From the human T2T-CHM13v2.0 reference genome, Homo sapiens, in the NCBI RefSeq assembly GCF_009914755.1, contig NC_060936.1: a stretch of 64,000 bases of DNA; one strand, given 5' to 3'. Below the pieces are notes generated by a model. The model worked only from the letters and a program-made list of their open reading frames with translations, was not told the origin of the DNA and searched no databases. Below are positions 26,487-44,090 of the stretch, one piece after another (position 1 is the first letter of the stretch; every line of letters starts with the position of its first letter). A program made the position numbers and the translations under genes.

Positions 26487-29400
26487 TTAGGAATAGACCA
26501 TTATTGAAGGGAATATACAGTGTGCCAAGACCAGGCTTTGTTACGTTTCTAAATATCTGAGGTCAGATAAATACTACACAAGCTCACCAACATCCCCTAA
26601 TCCTTTGGGTCCCAGTTTAGATTGACTTTGAAATTGCCCTTAGGAGGACTTTTCCTGAATTTCAAAGAAGGTTAACAGTGTGTGGCATAAACGAAATCTC
26701 GGAATAAAATCTGAAGGACAGATTGAAAGGAATTCAAGATGCCTCCAGGGTCTCATACTCTCATGGAAAATATCAAACACCCAATTGCATCACCCCCATA
26801 CTCACTCAAAAGGTCTACTATTTTATTTCATAGGTTGAAAGGTTAGAATTGGATCTCACCAAGCATTTCACTACAGACCAACATCCCCTAAACTGAACTG
26901 ATCTCTGGAAATGCGAAGAGAGGAAAAACTAGGACAGGTGGACGGCAGCAGTTAGACAAAATTCTATGAGGTTTGAGCCATTAAAAGCCCTATAGGGCTT
27001 TAGTCTTACAACTCCAATGTCATAGTGTCTGTAAAATCTCAATTAATCTCATTCTATTTTTGCAGTAACTGGCTTATTACCATAGTTCCTCCCTTCACCT
27101 GATTTCAATAAGATCATCTGATCGAGGAATCCTCTAATTGAACATTTATTTGAATCTTCCTATTAATAGTGCTACTACAGCTATGTGTGGTTGTGTCTGA
27201 AAATACCAGCCATGAATCAAGAGTCCGTCAAGGCTGCCTACATATGAACACACTCTTTATTAATTAATACCTGTCATCTGTTGTTTATAGACAAAACTTT
27301 GTTGCTCTGGGCCTCTGAAACTCAAAATATTTGTTCAGAATACACAAGTGTTGGCTCTTCCATCCACAGCCAAAAGCATAATGCGAGAAATATCTTCAAT
27401 CCATTTATGCTGAAACATTAAACTAAAAAATGTTTTTTCCTTGTTGCTTTACATGTTTGTTTAGTTCATTGTTTGGTTGATTGTTCTTGTAGGAATTGGG
27501 GGAAGTACATAAGGTGTATGCAAAAATATCTCAGTAAGCTTGGCCAGTTTGTCCCACTCAATTTACATTTAAAGTGAAACCACTGATCTTCAAAGACACT
27601 TTTGGCACAAGTTATTAAACTTTCGAACAGTGGTTATAAAATAGTTAGATTTCAACTTTAATTATATGCTACCTCTCTGAGCAGTGCTACAACAAAATAA
27701 CAGAATATTCCCCCTTAAATAATTATAAGGTCTGTTTAAACATTCAAATTCGAATCAGAATTCCTTTGACTATACACATTACTGCTTAAAACCCCTATTA
27801 TAATTTTAATCAAACACAGTATTCATTACCAAGAATTTATAACTAAGAGAAATAAATATTTGGAGCCTGTTAATTTTATCATATCTACTTAAGTTGGAAG
27901 TTACTTAGCAGGAGATCAAATTGCAATACAATTCAAACATAAACAACAGAAAGTAATAGTATTTTTAAAATGTTCCTAAATATGGAGCAAAACAAAATAT
28001 ATAAAAACAGAGTTTCAAAGAGCTAAAGATCTTCTGAACCAACATGAACAGTAATATTGCATAGAGGGAAAAAATGCTTAATCCTAAGACTTCTACTATA
28101 TGGAAGGTTCGTAGCCTCTTTCTTTATTTTTGGGATGGTGCTCAGAAAAAAAAAAAAGAAAGAAAGAAAAGAAAAGAAACAAAAAGGCAAAGCTCAGTGG
28201 CTTTGGTAGGAGATAGCAGATTGCTGTGATGCACCTGATTATATCCCGTTTGTTCTCCCTTTTGGTTTAGCTCACATGTGAAAATCTCCTGTGGACAACT
28301 TGGTTTTTTTCCCAGAAGCTTGGTCCAATCCCTGTTTCCAATGCTGTCAGCATGAAAGGGACCAGGCAGCAGGGCCAAGCAGTTGCAGATCTGTGTGGAT
28401 ACTGCTTCAGGTGATGAAAGGGACATTGCTGACAAGTCAGTAGAGAGGAGAAAGCCAGGCTAATGGCTATTCTCAAGTGGTCATTCACAGCTATTTGCCA
28501 GTGAAAATTGAAACTTAAATTTCCCTAATTTACCTTCCCTAGAACTTCAATATTTCTTACAGTAAGTAATTTTTTAACTTCTTTATAACTCTCCCAGCAG
28601 TGTGGCAGCTTTGGTGTGTGACAAATGGAGGTTAGATTCTCCTGCTTACCACTTTCGAACATGAATTTGAAAAAGTTACTTAACCTCTCTAAACACTCAA
28701 ATGCTCACTGTAAAAGGTAACATTAGGGTTGTTTGAAGATTATGGGAGACATTGCATAAGAATGTTCTAACACAATTCATGACATAAAACAGATTCTGAA
28801 TAAACTGATATTTCCAAAGTCCACGTCCCTCCTCCCTAAAACACTAATGTCTCCACTACACTCATGATCCCAGTACCTCTCAGTCCTCTGCGGACACTGT
28901 GCCGACAATTATATTTTTCCTCTTCTTTCCTGGTGGCTACTGAAAAATCAACAAGCATTCAATGAACATGTGTTTAGTAAAAGCCAGGTATTTTTTTACA
29001 TGTTACCTTAACCTACCCCTATCCTCTCCTGAAGGTATTGGTATTTCTCCTTTCTGCTGTGATGAAACTTCTTAAATTAGGTGACAATAAGTAAAGCCAG
29101 ATAAAGATAGTTGTCAGAGGAAATGTGAATATCTAGATATTGCATTCAATATTTAGATTGTGTGTGCATGTGAGCATTTTCCAGAAAAAAAAATCAATTT
29201 TTTCCGTCATAGTCTCAAAAGATCCCTGACTCTCAATATGTTATGATACATTGAATCTATATTAGTAGTTGTTCAGGACTGTCCTGCTATTCCATTGTAT
29301 CTGTTTCTGTCCTTACCTGAAAGCAGTGTAGCTATGGTCGTAGGGAAACTTTTACTTTTAAATTCAAATTTCTGTTTTTTAGCCTTCATCCTATGTTATT

Positions 29401-29630
29401 TATCTTTATCATGTAACACTCATAACAACCTTTCTTTCTTTGAATTTTTTCTTCATTTGATTGCTGACACTACTCATATCTCCCAATAAGTCATCTTTGA
29501 GCACTTCCATATCTTTCTTTGGCTCCTACTTCTCAGTATGACTCATGAATTCTGATGTTTCCTGGGATACTCTTTGTCTTAATTTACTGTTGTTGCACAT
29601 GCACTCCTTGGATTATATACTCTATGGGCA

Positions 29631-29686
29631 AAGCTTTGCACATCTCCAGGTCAGACCTATCCTAATATCTACATCTACATTTCCAG
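29631..29686 (+). other. Possible distal alternative first exon of IAPP (weak)
   Basis: Donor-like TTCCAG|GTAACT at 29686/29687 in L2-like sequence. The assignment rests partly on recollection of a distal IAPP 5' exon, and the start coordinate is a guess. Confidence 0.3.
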
Positions 29687-30299
29687 GTAACTAGAAAGTA
29701 AATGGCACATATGTTCAAAAATACACTAAATCACTACTATAAAAAAATCAACTTAACACAAAGATACAAAGATACTACTTTTCTTTATCATATGATCCAT
29801 GTATATTATTTTATTATAATTTCCCGTGTTGGCAATTTTAAGAAGACCAGAGCCACTAAATCATTTCTAGAGGAGTATGGATTATTACGACCTTTATAGA
29901 GTAGAATTTGTCTATATAGCTCAGAAGTCTTTAAAATGTGCATACACATCACTATTTCCTGAAGTATGGCTTTATCCTGAAGAGTCCTCCCACTAAAAGA
30001 CAACTAGAACTTAGATAAGTTAAGACAAACATATTTTTATGGCTAAGCTCACAGAAAGGAAAAGAAATCTCGAAGTGTGAGGGGGTAGGCAATGAGCTAA
30101 AATCTGAGCAGAGAGCCATGAGTAATCAATAAGTGACAGGAAGTTGTTCTGGGAGAAAATACTGATACAAGGCCTAGGATCTGGGAGACCTAAACTTTGA
30201 GTCTGTCTCAAGGTTAGGGAGCTGATGTGAGTTTCCTATATTACCCTTAATCCCCCATGGAGCTAAAGTGATCCTAGATGTTAGGGAATTCTGTATAGT

Positions 30300-31778
30300 G
30301 GCAATGCAACCAAATCTTTTCTCAGGGAATATTTCCAACATAAACACTTAGGATTCTTACAGATTAAGTTAAAAAACAGATGATCTTATAAACAAAAATC
30401 AAACTACTGTAACTGAGAGTTCTCAGAAACAAAATACAGATTAAGTTTAAAAGAAAATTTGTATGCTGAAATTATCAGATACACAGTATAAACCAACCAT
30501 ATATAAAATGGTTAAAAGATTTTAAAACTGATTATTTCTAATTAACCAAAAAAGGCTACTTAAAATGGCCAAGAAGTATTTAGAACTAAACTAACTTAAT
30601 CTTTGATATTAAAATAGTATTGAATGAGTAACAGCATATCAGATACAGATGAAAGGGATGATTTGTGAACTTGAAAATAGATTTTAAGAAATTATACAGG
30701 ATTATCACAAAAGGCATCAAATAAAGACCCTGTATAATGTAGTGATAGAGAAAAAAATTCAAGAATCAGAATAAATTTGAATCACAGCTCTATAAGTAAC
30801 TAGCGCTGTGACTTTGAGTATGTTACTACCGTCTCTGTACCTCAGTTTCACCATATATTTTTAAATGATGGTTTATGTAAGAATTAAATTTAAAATATTT
30901 ATATATAATTCTTGAATAAAGTCTGGTAATATTAAGCACTATGGAATAATTATCATTATTAATATGACAGAAGTAAGCCCAAACATACCTATGATATTAA
31001 GAAATATGCAGGCTTAATTTACCTCCTAAAAGAAAGAACTTTTCAGATTAACTCCCAAAACATATCTCTATTATATGCTGTGTATGACAGGGACACACTA
31101 AATACAAATTTATACCTAAAGATAACAATAGAAGAACGGGCACAGTGGGATACAAAAGAAAAAAAGGGAGAGAGAAAAAGGAAGGAGAGAGGTAAGAAAA
31201 AAATGAGTCATGATCATAATATTTGAAAAGGTAACATTCAGAGCTTTTGAAAAAGCATTAAATGTGACATAGAAAAGTAGTTTAAATATACTAAAGGGAA
31301 CAATTCACAGTAAAGATATGAGTGTTATACATTTCTATGCACCCAATGAGTAAAACAACTTCATGAAGCAGAAAACACAGGAGATGCAAAGACAAACAGG
31401 CAGAAACATTTAAATAATAGTAGCTTAATTCTCATGCAGTCCAAGTTCTAGTAAGGTAAAAAGTATAAAGAAGGATTTGTAAGACTTAAATTACATTTTT
31501 AATAAAGTAGATTGTATGGAGATCTATAGAGTAGTGAGAACTTTTGTATCTTAAACAGAAAATATGCCTTTTCCAGTGCTCGTGGAAACTTTACTGAAAT
31601 AGATTATATACTAGATTACAAATATAAATATAATAAAGTCTCAAATAGCAATAATACAGAAAATATTGACCACAAAATAGTAAAAGAAATAATTTCACTG
31701 AGAAAGATTTACGAACAAAATCTACTGAGCTAAAGAAAGGATAAAAACAAACAAACACTATAGAATGTCCAGAAAACC
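30300..31778 (+). mobile_element. Highly degenerate L1M fragments with an embedded MIR
   Basis: A-rich strand with L1 ORF2 endonuclease-region-like stretches (e.g. TTTTCCAGTGCTCGTGGAAACTTTACTGAAATAGATTATA); MIR core near 30770-30860. Confidence 0.5.
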
Positions 31779-32200
31779 TTTATGGGTTGAACTGTGTCCC
31801 TGCAAAATGCATCTGTTGAAGTCCAAATAGTACCTCAGAATGAAACCACATTTGTAAACAGAGTTATTTCCAAAGTAATTGTTAAGATGAAGTCATACTG
31901 AGATACTTTGAGACCCTAGTATAATATAACTGGTGGACGTATAAAAAGGGGAAGTTTGGTCACAGAGACACACACACAGGGATAATGCCTCATGGGAATG
32001 AAGACAAAAATCAGGTGATGCTGCTTCTCCAAACCAACAAGATTGCCAGCAAACTACCAGAAGCTAGAAAGAGGCATGGAACAGCCCTCAGATAGAACCA
32101 ACCCTGCTGACACCTAATCTTAGACTTCTTGCCTCCAGAACTGTGAAACTATAAATTTCTGTTGTTTAAGCCACATGGTGTTGCAGCACTTTTTGTCCCA
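31779..32200 (+). mobile_element. MLT1B/C-type MaLR LTR
   Basis: TATGGGTTGAACTGTGTCCC...CCCTGCTGACACCT...GCCTCCAGAACTGTGA...TTCTGTTGTTTAAGCCAC. Confidence 0.85.
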
Positions 32201-34229
32201 ACTGGTTGGAAATGTCATTGTTATTTTCCCATTTGTTGACCAAATCTCCAACTGGACTATATGTAAGGATTTAGCGTCCAATAGATGCTCTAAGTATTAT
32301 TGAATGAATAATTCAAGCATTATGGGAGAGTTAAATTATTCTTAAGGTTTCTTCTAACTCAGCGATTATTTTTCATTTGTTTCTGTGTTTATTTTTTTTG
32401 TTTTTATCTGGAGGAATCATCAAGCCTTTCTAAAGCTCCTAATCTGTATGTCTGAAACAAGATCTCAGGAGTCCTTAAAAAATGCATTTTCTTTTAAAAT
32501 ATGAAAACAGTATTAGAAAACACATGTTCTTGCTTAAGAAAATTTATTGAGAAGTTTTTAAAATATAAACATGCAAACCATTAAATACCGAATTCTCCAT
32601 AAAAGCACACAAAGAAAATTAAGCTCTAAGTGAGAGGGCACTGCTCACTCTTACTCAGACTTTGGTGGGTGGGTGGCGTGAGGTGGGGCAGGGTGGAGTG
32701 AGTTGGTCTCCTGTCTCTTTTCAAAACTTTACTCACATGTTTTGAATCTGGTAAAAGGAGATATGAAAAGAGTGTTGGAATAGGCATTTTTCACTTAATA
32801 AACTTAAAAATGTCTGTGCTACATTTTAAAGGATGGTAGAAAGAATAATTTTTTAAAAGACAACTCTAGATTGTTCTCTGGCAAAGTGAATCTGTGATAC
32901 AAAGAGATGAAAGTATGCTGGAAAAAATCATTAAGCTTGCTAATTTGCAGCTTTTTACATAGAAAATAGTGTTCTTTAAGCATTCTTAGTGGAATGAAAT
33001 AGAAAAAGTATTGTTTGATACCAACCAGCACAGATTTTAAAACACATATTTTTCCTCTCCAAAAAATGTTTCGAGCAATACTACTTTTAAACTATGTGGC
33101 AATCCACTAACGAGATGGTTTTAAAACTATGTAGCAACATTAAAAATGCCTAGAGAAATGTCATCCATGGCTTAGTACTAACACAAAAAGTATTATAATA
33201 TTTTTGTTTTATTTTATTGTATGCAAATATTGTGTATAGTTCTATCATCATATATAGATAATTTTGTGTCTTATATTTTATCACTAGTTAATACTTTTCA
33301 ATTTTTAGTTCCTTTTTAATTTTTTATAATTAAAAATTAACTTTGAAACATGAAAAGAAGTCTACAAACAATAAATGAACAATATTGAAAAAATTAAAAG
33401 AAAAATAAAAAGCGGTTTGTTGGAGATACTTTTAAAATATAAAGATGCAAACCATTAAATACTGAATTCTAATACATAAGTCTAAATACCTACCAAAGCC
33501 ACAAAGAGATTCCTGAAGGAATAAACATGTAATCTATACTTCATTTAACCATGGCAATATTAAAATGAAAACAAATAAATAAAAAGAACACATGAGAGAG
33601 GAAACAATAACAGGCTGAAGATATTCACATATATTTGGAAGGTGGCAAAAGACTGAGGAGAGATAATGACTTATCTTCAGAATCCTATGCTTAGCTAAGA
33701 CAGCAATGTTAACAGGAAGCAAGCTGCTACTCCAGTGTCCCTGCAAGTCTAGGGATTTTTAGACCCCAGAAAACTCAGAAGCAAGGCCATGGGATAAGAC
33801 TAAAAACTAGAAGATTTTTATATACTTTAAGACTATGGACTTTAAGAAAGACCATCCCCGCATACTTCCTTCCAAGCATCCAGGTAACAACCTTCTCTAA
33901 CCCTAACAACAGTTTAATTTCTGGATAAATTAAACTTGATAGACTCTAGGTCTGTGGAAACCAATCACCATAAAGGGAAGAAGAAAAACACTAGTTTAAA
34001 AACAGGGAAAATCAACTAAATTATAAACCCTCTTCCTCAACTTGACTATTCACTCCTTGTGTAAAACATTAGTGAAAAAAAAAACACAAACCTGAAATCG
34101 CCTGGCTAAAAGAACCACAAATACTGATATTTGGGAGTCTCCCAGATAAATGGCCTTCTTCCTACCCAATAACCTTGCAATGAAATCCACCATTTGGCAA
34201 GCCATGTCCATGCATGTAACACCCAATCA

Positions 34230-34551
<322 letters not shown>

Positions 34552-35205
34552 CTAGAAACAACCCGAAGTCCATTAACAAAATGGCTAAACATTTTGTAAT
34601 ATATTCACACAATGAAACACTACTCCACAATTTAAAATATGCACATGGATACGGAATGCAGATAAATTTCAAAATCATTATGCTATGTAAAAAAAAAAAG
34701 TCAGGCAAAAAGGAATACATGCTATACTATCTCATCTGTATAGAATTCTGGAAAATGCAAACAAATCCATAGGAACAAAACACACAGCAGCAGTTACCTG
34801 AGGAGTGGGTTGGGGAGTAGAAGGAAATGAGGAAGTGTAACGAGATAAACTAAAAAAGGTTACAAGACAACATTTTAGAAGGATGGAAATGTCTGTTACA
34901 TTGATTGTGGTGATGGTTTCAGGAGTGTGTGCATTGGCCAAAACCAGTCAAATTATACATTTTAAATATGTGCAGTTTATTGAATTTTGATAATCCCTAA
35001 ATGAAGGTGTAAAACGACACCAATATAAAAATAAATAAATGGGCCAATAAGGATCATCAGATATTTAAAGAAAGCTCCAATAAGAAATATAAACATCAGA
35101 GGGTGGCACCAAGATGGCCGAATAGGAACAGCTCCAGTCTGCAGCTCCCAGTGTGAAGGACGCAGAAGACTGGTGATTTCTGCATTTCCAACTGAGGTAC
35201 CAGGT

Positions 35206-35526
35206 TCATCTCACTGGGGCTTGCCAGACAAGTGGGTGCAGCCCACAGAGCTGGGCAGGGCATTGCCTCACCCAGGAAGCACAAGGGGTGGGGGAATTCC
35301 CTTTCCTAGCAAAGGGAAGCCATGACAGACAGCACCTGGAAAATCGGGACACTCCCACCCTAATACTGCTCTTTTCCAACAGCCTTAGCAAATGGCACAC
35401 CAGGAGATTATATCCCGCGGCTGGCTTGGAGGCTCCCACACCCACGGAGGCTCGCTCACTGCTAGCACAGCAGTCTGAGATGGAACTGCAAGGCAGCAGC
35501 AAGGCTGGGGGAGGGGCGTCCGCCAT
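35206..35526 (-). CDS. L1 ORF0-like antisense ORF (106 aa, open)
   Basis: True ATG at 35526. MADAPPPALLLPCSSISDCCASSERASVGVGASKPAAGYNLLV...IRVGVSRFSRC aligns by eye with primate L1 ORF0 (MAGAPPPASLPPCSLISDCCASNQRDSVGVG...). Expression is unknown. Confidence 0.55.
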   Translation of the reverse strand: MADAPPPALLLPCSSISDCCASSERASVGVGASKPAAGYNLLVCHLLRLLEKSSIRVGVSRFSRCCLSWLPFARKGNSPTPCASWVRQCPAQLCGLHPLVWQAPVR

Positions 35527-36099
35527 TGCTGAGGCTTGAGAAGGTAAACAAAGCAGCTAGGAACTTGAACTCGGTGGAGCCCACCGCAGCTCAAGGAGGC
35601 CTGCCTGCCTCTGTAGACTCCACCTCTAGGGGCAGGGCATAGCTGAATAAAAGGCAGCAGAAACTTCTGCAGACTTAAACATCCCTGTCTGACAGCTTTG
35701 AAGAGAGTTGTGGTTCTCCCAGCACGGAGTTTGAGATCTGAGAAAGGAAAGACTGCCTCCTCAAGTGGGTCCCTGACCCCTGAGTAGCCTAACTGGGAGG
35801 CACCTCCCAGTAGGGGCCGACAGACACCTCATACGGGGGATGCCCCTCTAAGACAAAGCTTCCAGAGGAAGGATCAGACAGCAACATCTGCTGTTCTGCA
35901 ATATTAGCTGTTCTTCAGCCTCCGCTGGTGATACCCAGGCAAACAGGGTCTGGAGTGGACCTCCAGCAAACTCCAACAGACCTGCAGTTGAGGGTCCTGA
36001 CTGTTAGAAGGAAAACTAACAAACAGAAAGGACATCCACACCAAAACCCCATCTGTAGGTCACCATCATCAGAGACGAAATGTAGATAAAACCACAAAG

Positions 36100-37131
36100 A
36101 TGGGGAGAAACCAGAGCAGAAAAGCTGAAAATTCTAAAAATTAGCGCACCTCTTCTCCTCCAAAGGAACAGAGCTCCTTGCCAGTAATGGAACAAAGCTG
36201 GACAGAGAATGACTTTGACGAGTTGACAGAAGAAGGCTTCAGAAGATTGGTAATAACAAACTTCTCCGAGCTAAAGGAGGATGTTTGAACCTATCACAAA
36301 GAAGCTAAAAACCTTGAAAAAAGAGTAGACGAATGGCAGTGTAGAGAAAAGACAGTGTAGAGAAGTCCTTAAATGACCTGATGGAGCTGAAAATCATGGC
36401 ACAAGGACTACGTGACGCATGTACAAGCTTCAGTAGCCGATTTGATCAAATAGAAGAAAGGGTATCAGTGATTGAAGATCAAATGAATGAAATGCAGGGA
36501 GAAGAGAAGTTTAGAGAAAAAAGAGTAAAAAGAAATGAACAAAGCCTCCAAGAAATATGGGACTATGTGAAAAGACCAAATCTACGTCTGATTGGTGTAC
36601 CTGAAAATGACGGGGAGAATGGAACCAAGTTGGAAAACACTCTTCAGGATATCATGCCGGAGAACTTCCCCAACCTAGCGGGGAAGGCCAACATTCAAAT
36701 TCAGAAAATACAGAGAATGCCACAAAGATACTCCTCGAGAAGAGAAACTCCAAGACACATAATTGTCAGATTCACCAAAGTTGAAATGAAGGAAAAAATG
36801 TTAAGGGCAGCCAGAGAGAAAGGTCAGGTTACCCACAAAGGGAAGCCCATTAGACTAACAGTGAGCGGGTCTCTCGGCAGAAACTCTACAAGCCAGTAGA
36901 GAGTGGGGGCCAATATTCAACATTCTTAAAGAAAAGAATTTTCAACCCAGAATTTCATACCCAGTCAAACTAAGCTTCATACGTGATGGAGAAATAAAAT
37001 GCTTTACAGACAAACAAATGCTGAGAGATTTTGTCACCACCATGCCTGACTTACAAGAGCTCCTTAAGGAAGCACTAAACATGGAAAGGAACAACCGGTA
37101 CCAGCCACTGCAAAAACATGCCAAATTGTAA
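36100..37131 (+). pseudogene. L1 ORF1p, disrupted
   Basis: ATG at 36100 with TAG at codon 15. Fragment 36381-36899 contains NEQSLQEIWDYVKRPNLRLIGVPE, with further frameshifts. Confidence 0.93.
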
Positions 37132-37194
37132 AGACCATTGGTACTAGGAGGAAACTGCATCAACTAATGAGCAAAATAACCAGCTAACATCATA

Positions 37195-41017
<3,823 letters not shown>

Positions 41018-41250
41018 ACAATGAGAACACAGGGACACAGGGTGGGGAACATCACACACACGGGCCTGCCGGGGGGTGGGCGGGGGAGGGATAGCATTAG
41101 GAGATATACCTAATGTAAATGACGAGTTGACGGGTGCAGCACACCAACATGGCGCACGTATTCCTATGTAACAAACCTGCACATTGTGCACATGTACCCT
41201 AGAACCTTAAGTAAAATAATAAAATAAAAATAAAAAAGAAATATAAACAT

Positions 41251-43820
41251 TAAAAGATATTTTTTAACAAAAGGGATCTGAAGGAAATGAAGACCACAAC
41301 AGAAGGAGAATTTTGAAAAGAAACCAGAAAAGAGAAAGCTGTAAATAGCATCCTCAGAGATAACGATGGATATTACATCAATGAAACAAAAGCAGGATGC
41401 TATAAAAGAAGATTCAGAAAGCAAGATCTCTTGAAAATTAAAAATATGATTGTAGAAGTTGTTTTTTTATGGAAAAGTTGGTAGATTAGGAAACTTCATA
41501 GAAGTTAAATAATTAAAGAGATTAAAAATAGTGAAAATATATATAAACACAAGATTAATAAAAGCGTTTTGGGAGAGGAAAGCAGAGAAAATGGAGAGGA
41601 GACAAATATCAAGAAAAAATTCAAAAGTACTTTTCAGAACTAAATAACACAAATTTATATATTAAAAGATACACTGAGTTTCCAGCTCAGTCAATAGAAA
41701 AAGATCCACACCAAAGCATATCAGCCTGAATTTAAATATATCAGGAATACAGAAAAGATCCTAAGGACTTCTACAGAGAGGTTTTAAACAATGAAATATA
41801 AAAAATCAAAAACTGCTTTTCTTTTAGCCACATTAGTGGTTAGAATACAATGAAATAATGCCTTTATAATTCTGAATAAAAATAATGTGTTTAGAACTAT
41901 GCTCAGAAACAAAAGGTCTCAGTCTTTCATGTGTCCATTCTCAGGAAGCTACTGCAGTATATGTTCCATCAAAATAAGGACATAAATCAAGAAAACTAGA
42001 ACAGTATTTTTAAAATGGAAGAATGATGGGAGTATTTCTCAATATGAAAGCAAAAGGATAAAAACAACTACGTAGCAATCCTAGAAAGCAGTCAGTTTGG
42101 AGAAAAGCAGAAGGTCAGAGGCTATAGGAGAAAGATTTCCATGAGAATGGGCAGTGAGAGGGGAAGTTGGAAATAAGAAGGAAATATTATCATATGAAGA
42201 GTGGTCATATCATATTTTATCATTCTCTGAGACAATTTGCAAGCCTAAAACTGAACAATCGAAAAAGAGGCAAATGTTAATTAGAAGAAAAACAAAAGGT
42301 TAAATAAAAAAGGAAAATACTCACAGCATATTACTCAGTTCAATAGTAATCAGCATTTAGGTTGTTATAAAATCACGCCATTCATCAGAAATTAATAAAG
42401 CTATCAAAGTACCGAGACTACAAGACATAGAAGGCAACTGGAAGGGATTCCTGTTGATCCAACATGGGATAATTTTAATATGAAAAAGACAAAGGAAATC
42501 AAAATACATATAAAGTATATTTCAAAAAAATGAAAAAGAAAAATCATATATCTTGCCTTTCATTTAAAACTACCTCAAGGTAATCAAATAGTTAACAAGA
42601 GATGTTCTCTTTCATTGAAGAATTTCAACTAATAAATGACAAATGAATGACAGAATTAGACTAGCACTATTTTTCAACCCCTAATAAAAAGGATTTCAGG
42701 CAATTATCAGCAAAGATTGCTAAAACCAGTAAATGAAAGGCTGATAGAGAACTCAGAATGAACAACTTGCCTGCTATCTGAACCCACTGATCATTTTTAA
42801 CCTCATAAAAGATATTATGTACCCCTTGATATAATGCAATAGGAAATAAACAGCATCACGTGAGACATATTCTTACCAAAATAATGGAAGCCGAATCATA
42901 TCAAGCCTCTAGACCAAACTACAAGTATAGAGGAAATGCAAATGAGAAAGGAACGTGTTAAATGATACCACACGTATGCCATCAGCAAAATCCAGGATGT
43001 GGGAAATTCTACACAACAAATGCCCCCATTTTTTAAATATCAGTAATGTGAAAAATAACGGACAGAAAATTGTAAATTAAAGAGTCACACAGAGCAACCA
43101 AATGCAATCTTGTTTAGATCCTGAATCCAACAAACCAGTTAAATTTTTTTTTTTGTAGACAACTGGAAAACGTGAATGCTGAATGAATATTTATATTAAG
43201 GAATTCCCATAAATTGTATGTTTAGATGGGATAATGGTTTCAGAGCTATGTTCTATAAAATGTCCTTATCTTTTATAGCACTAAAAAATGTACAGTTAAA
43301 ATTATGTGATCTCTAGGATTTGTTTTAAATAATACAGTGGGAGGTGGGAGGAAAGTAGGTAGGAATATAGAGTGAGCAAGATAGATCATTTGTTGATAAT
43401 TGTTCTAATTTTATATACATTTGAAAGTTCCCAAAAGAAACACTTTAAAATGTAAATAGAAAAAAGATGTACACCTAATATTGATATAATTCAAAAAATT
43501 TATTAAACTATTTTACGATAGTGATAGAGAAGAAAAGTGAGGAGAGCTGAATCTTCTTCTTCTAATATGGGATATCAACATATAAAATGTAAATTTAATA
43601 AATCAAGAGTGTCCAGAGAAGTAAATATTTTTGAAATGTAGAAACAGCTAAAATAAAGAAATGTAGAAACACCTAAAATAGTTAAAACTGTGTGGAGAGC
43701 AAAATTTATGGGTGGGCAGAATTAAGGCAAGGAACTACTGTGTTTATTATTAGTCTTCTAATACCATTTGAACACATACAAATTTGATAAAATGTAAAAA
43801 TTATTTTTAAAATGATATAT
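41251..43820 (+). mobile_element. Old L1M (L1MC/ME-like) remnants; probably the host sequence into which the L1PA inserted, with similar sequence at about 33.5-35.0 kb
   Basis: A-rich degenerate L1 motifs such as CAGCAAAATCCAGGATGTGGGAAATTCTACA and CAACCAAATGCAAT...GATCCTGAATCCAACAAACC. Confidence 0.55.
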
Positions 43821-44090
43821 AAAACATCTTTTACTTTTAAAATGTGATAGGAAGAAGATTAATACATATTATGAATTATATCCTGACACTCATGTTTATC
43901 TTCAATCTCTTCTCATTTCTTCCCTTTATTCATGTCATTGTCAAAGCATGTTATGATTATGAATATGACTTGGAGTCATTTACTTCTCTAACTCCTCAGC
44001 AACCACCCTGGTCTAAGGCCTCATGATCTCACTGACATCGTCTGCTAATAGATTTCCTGTTTTTACTCTTGCCACCCTCTAATTCATTCC

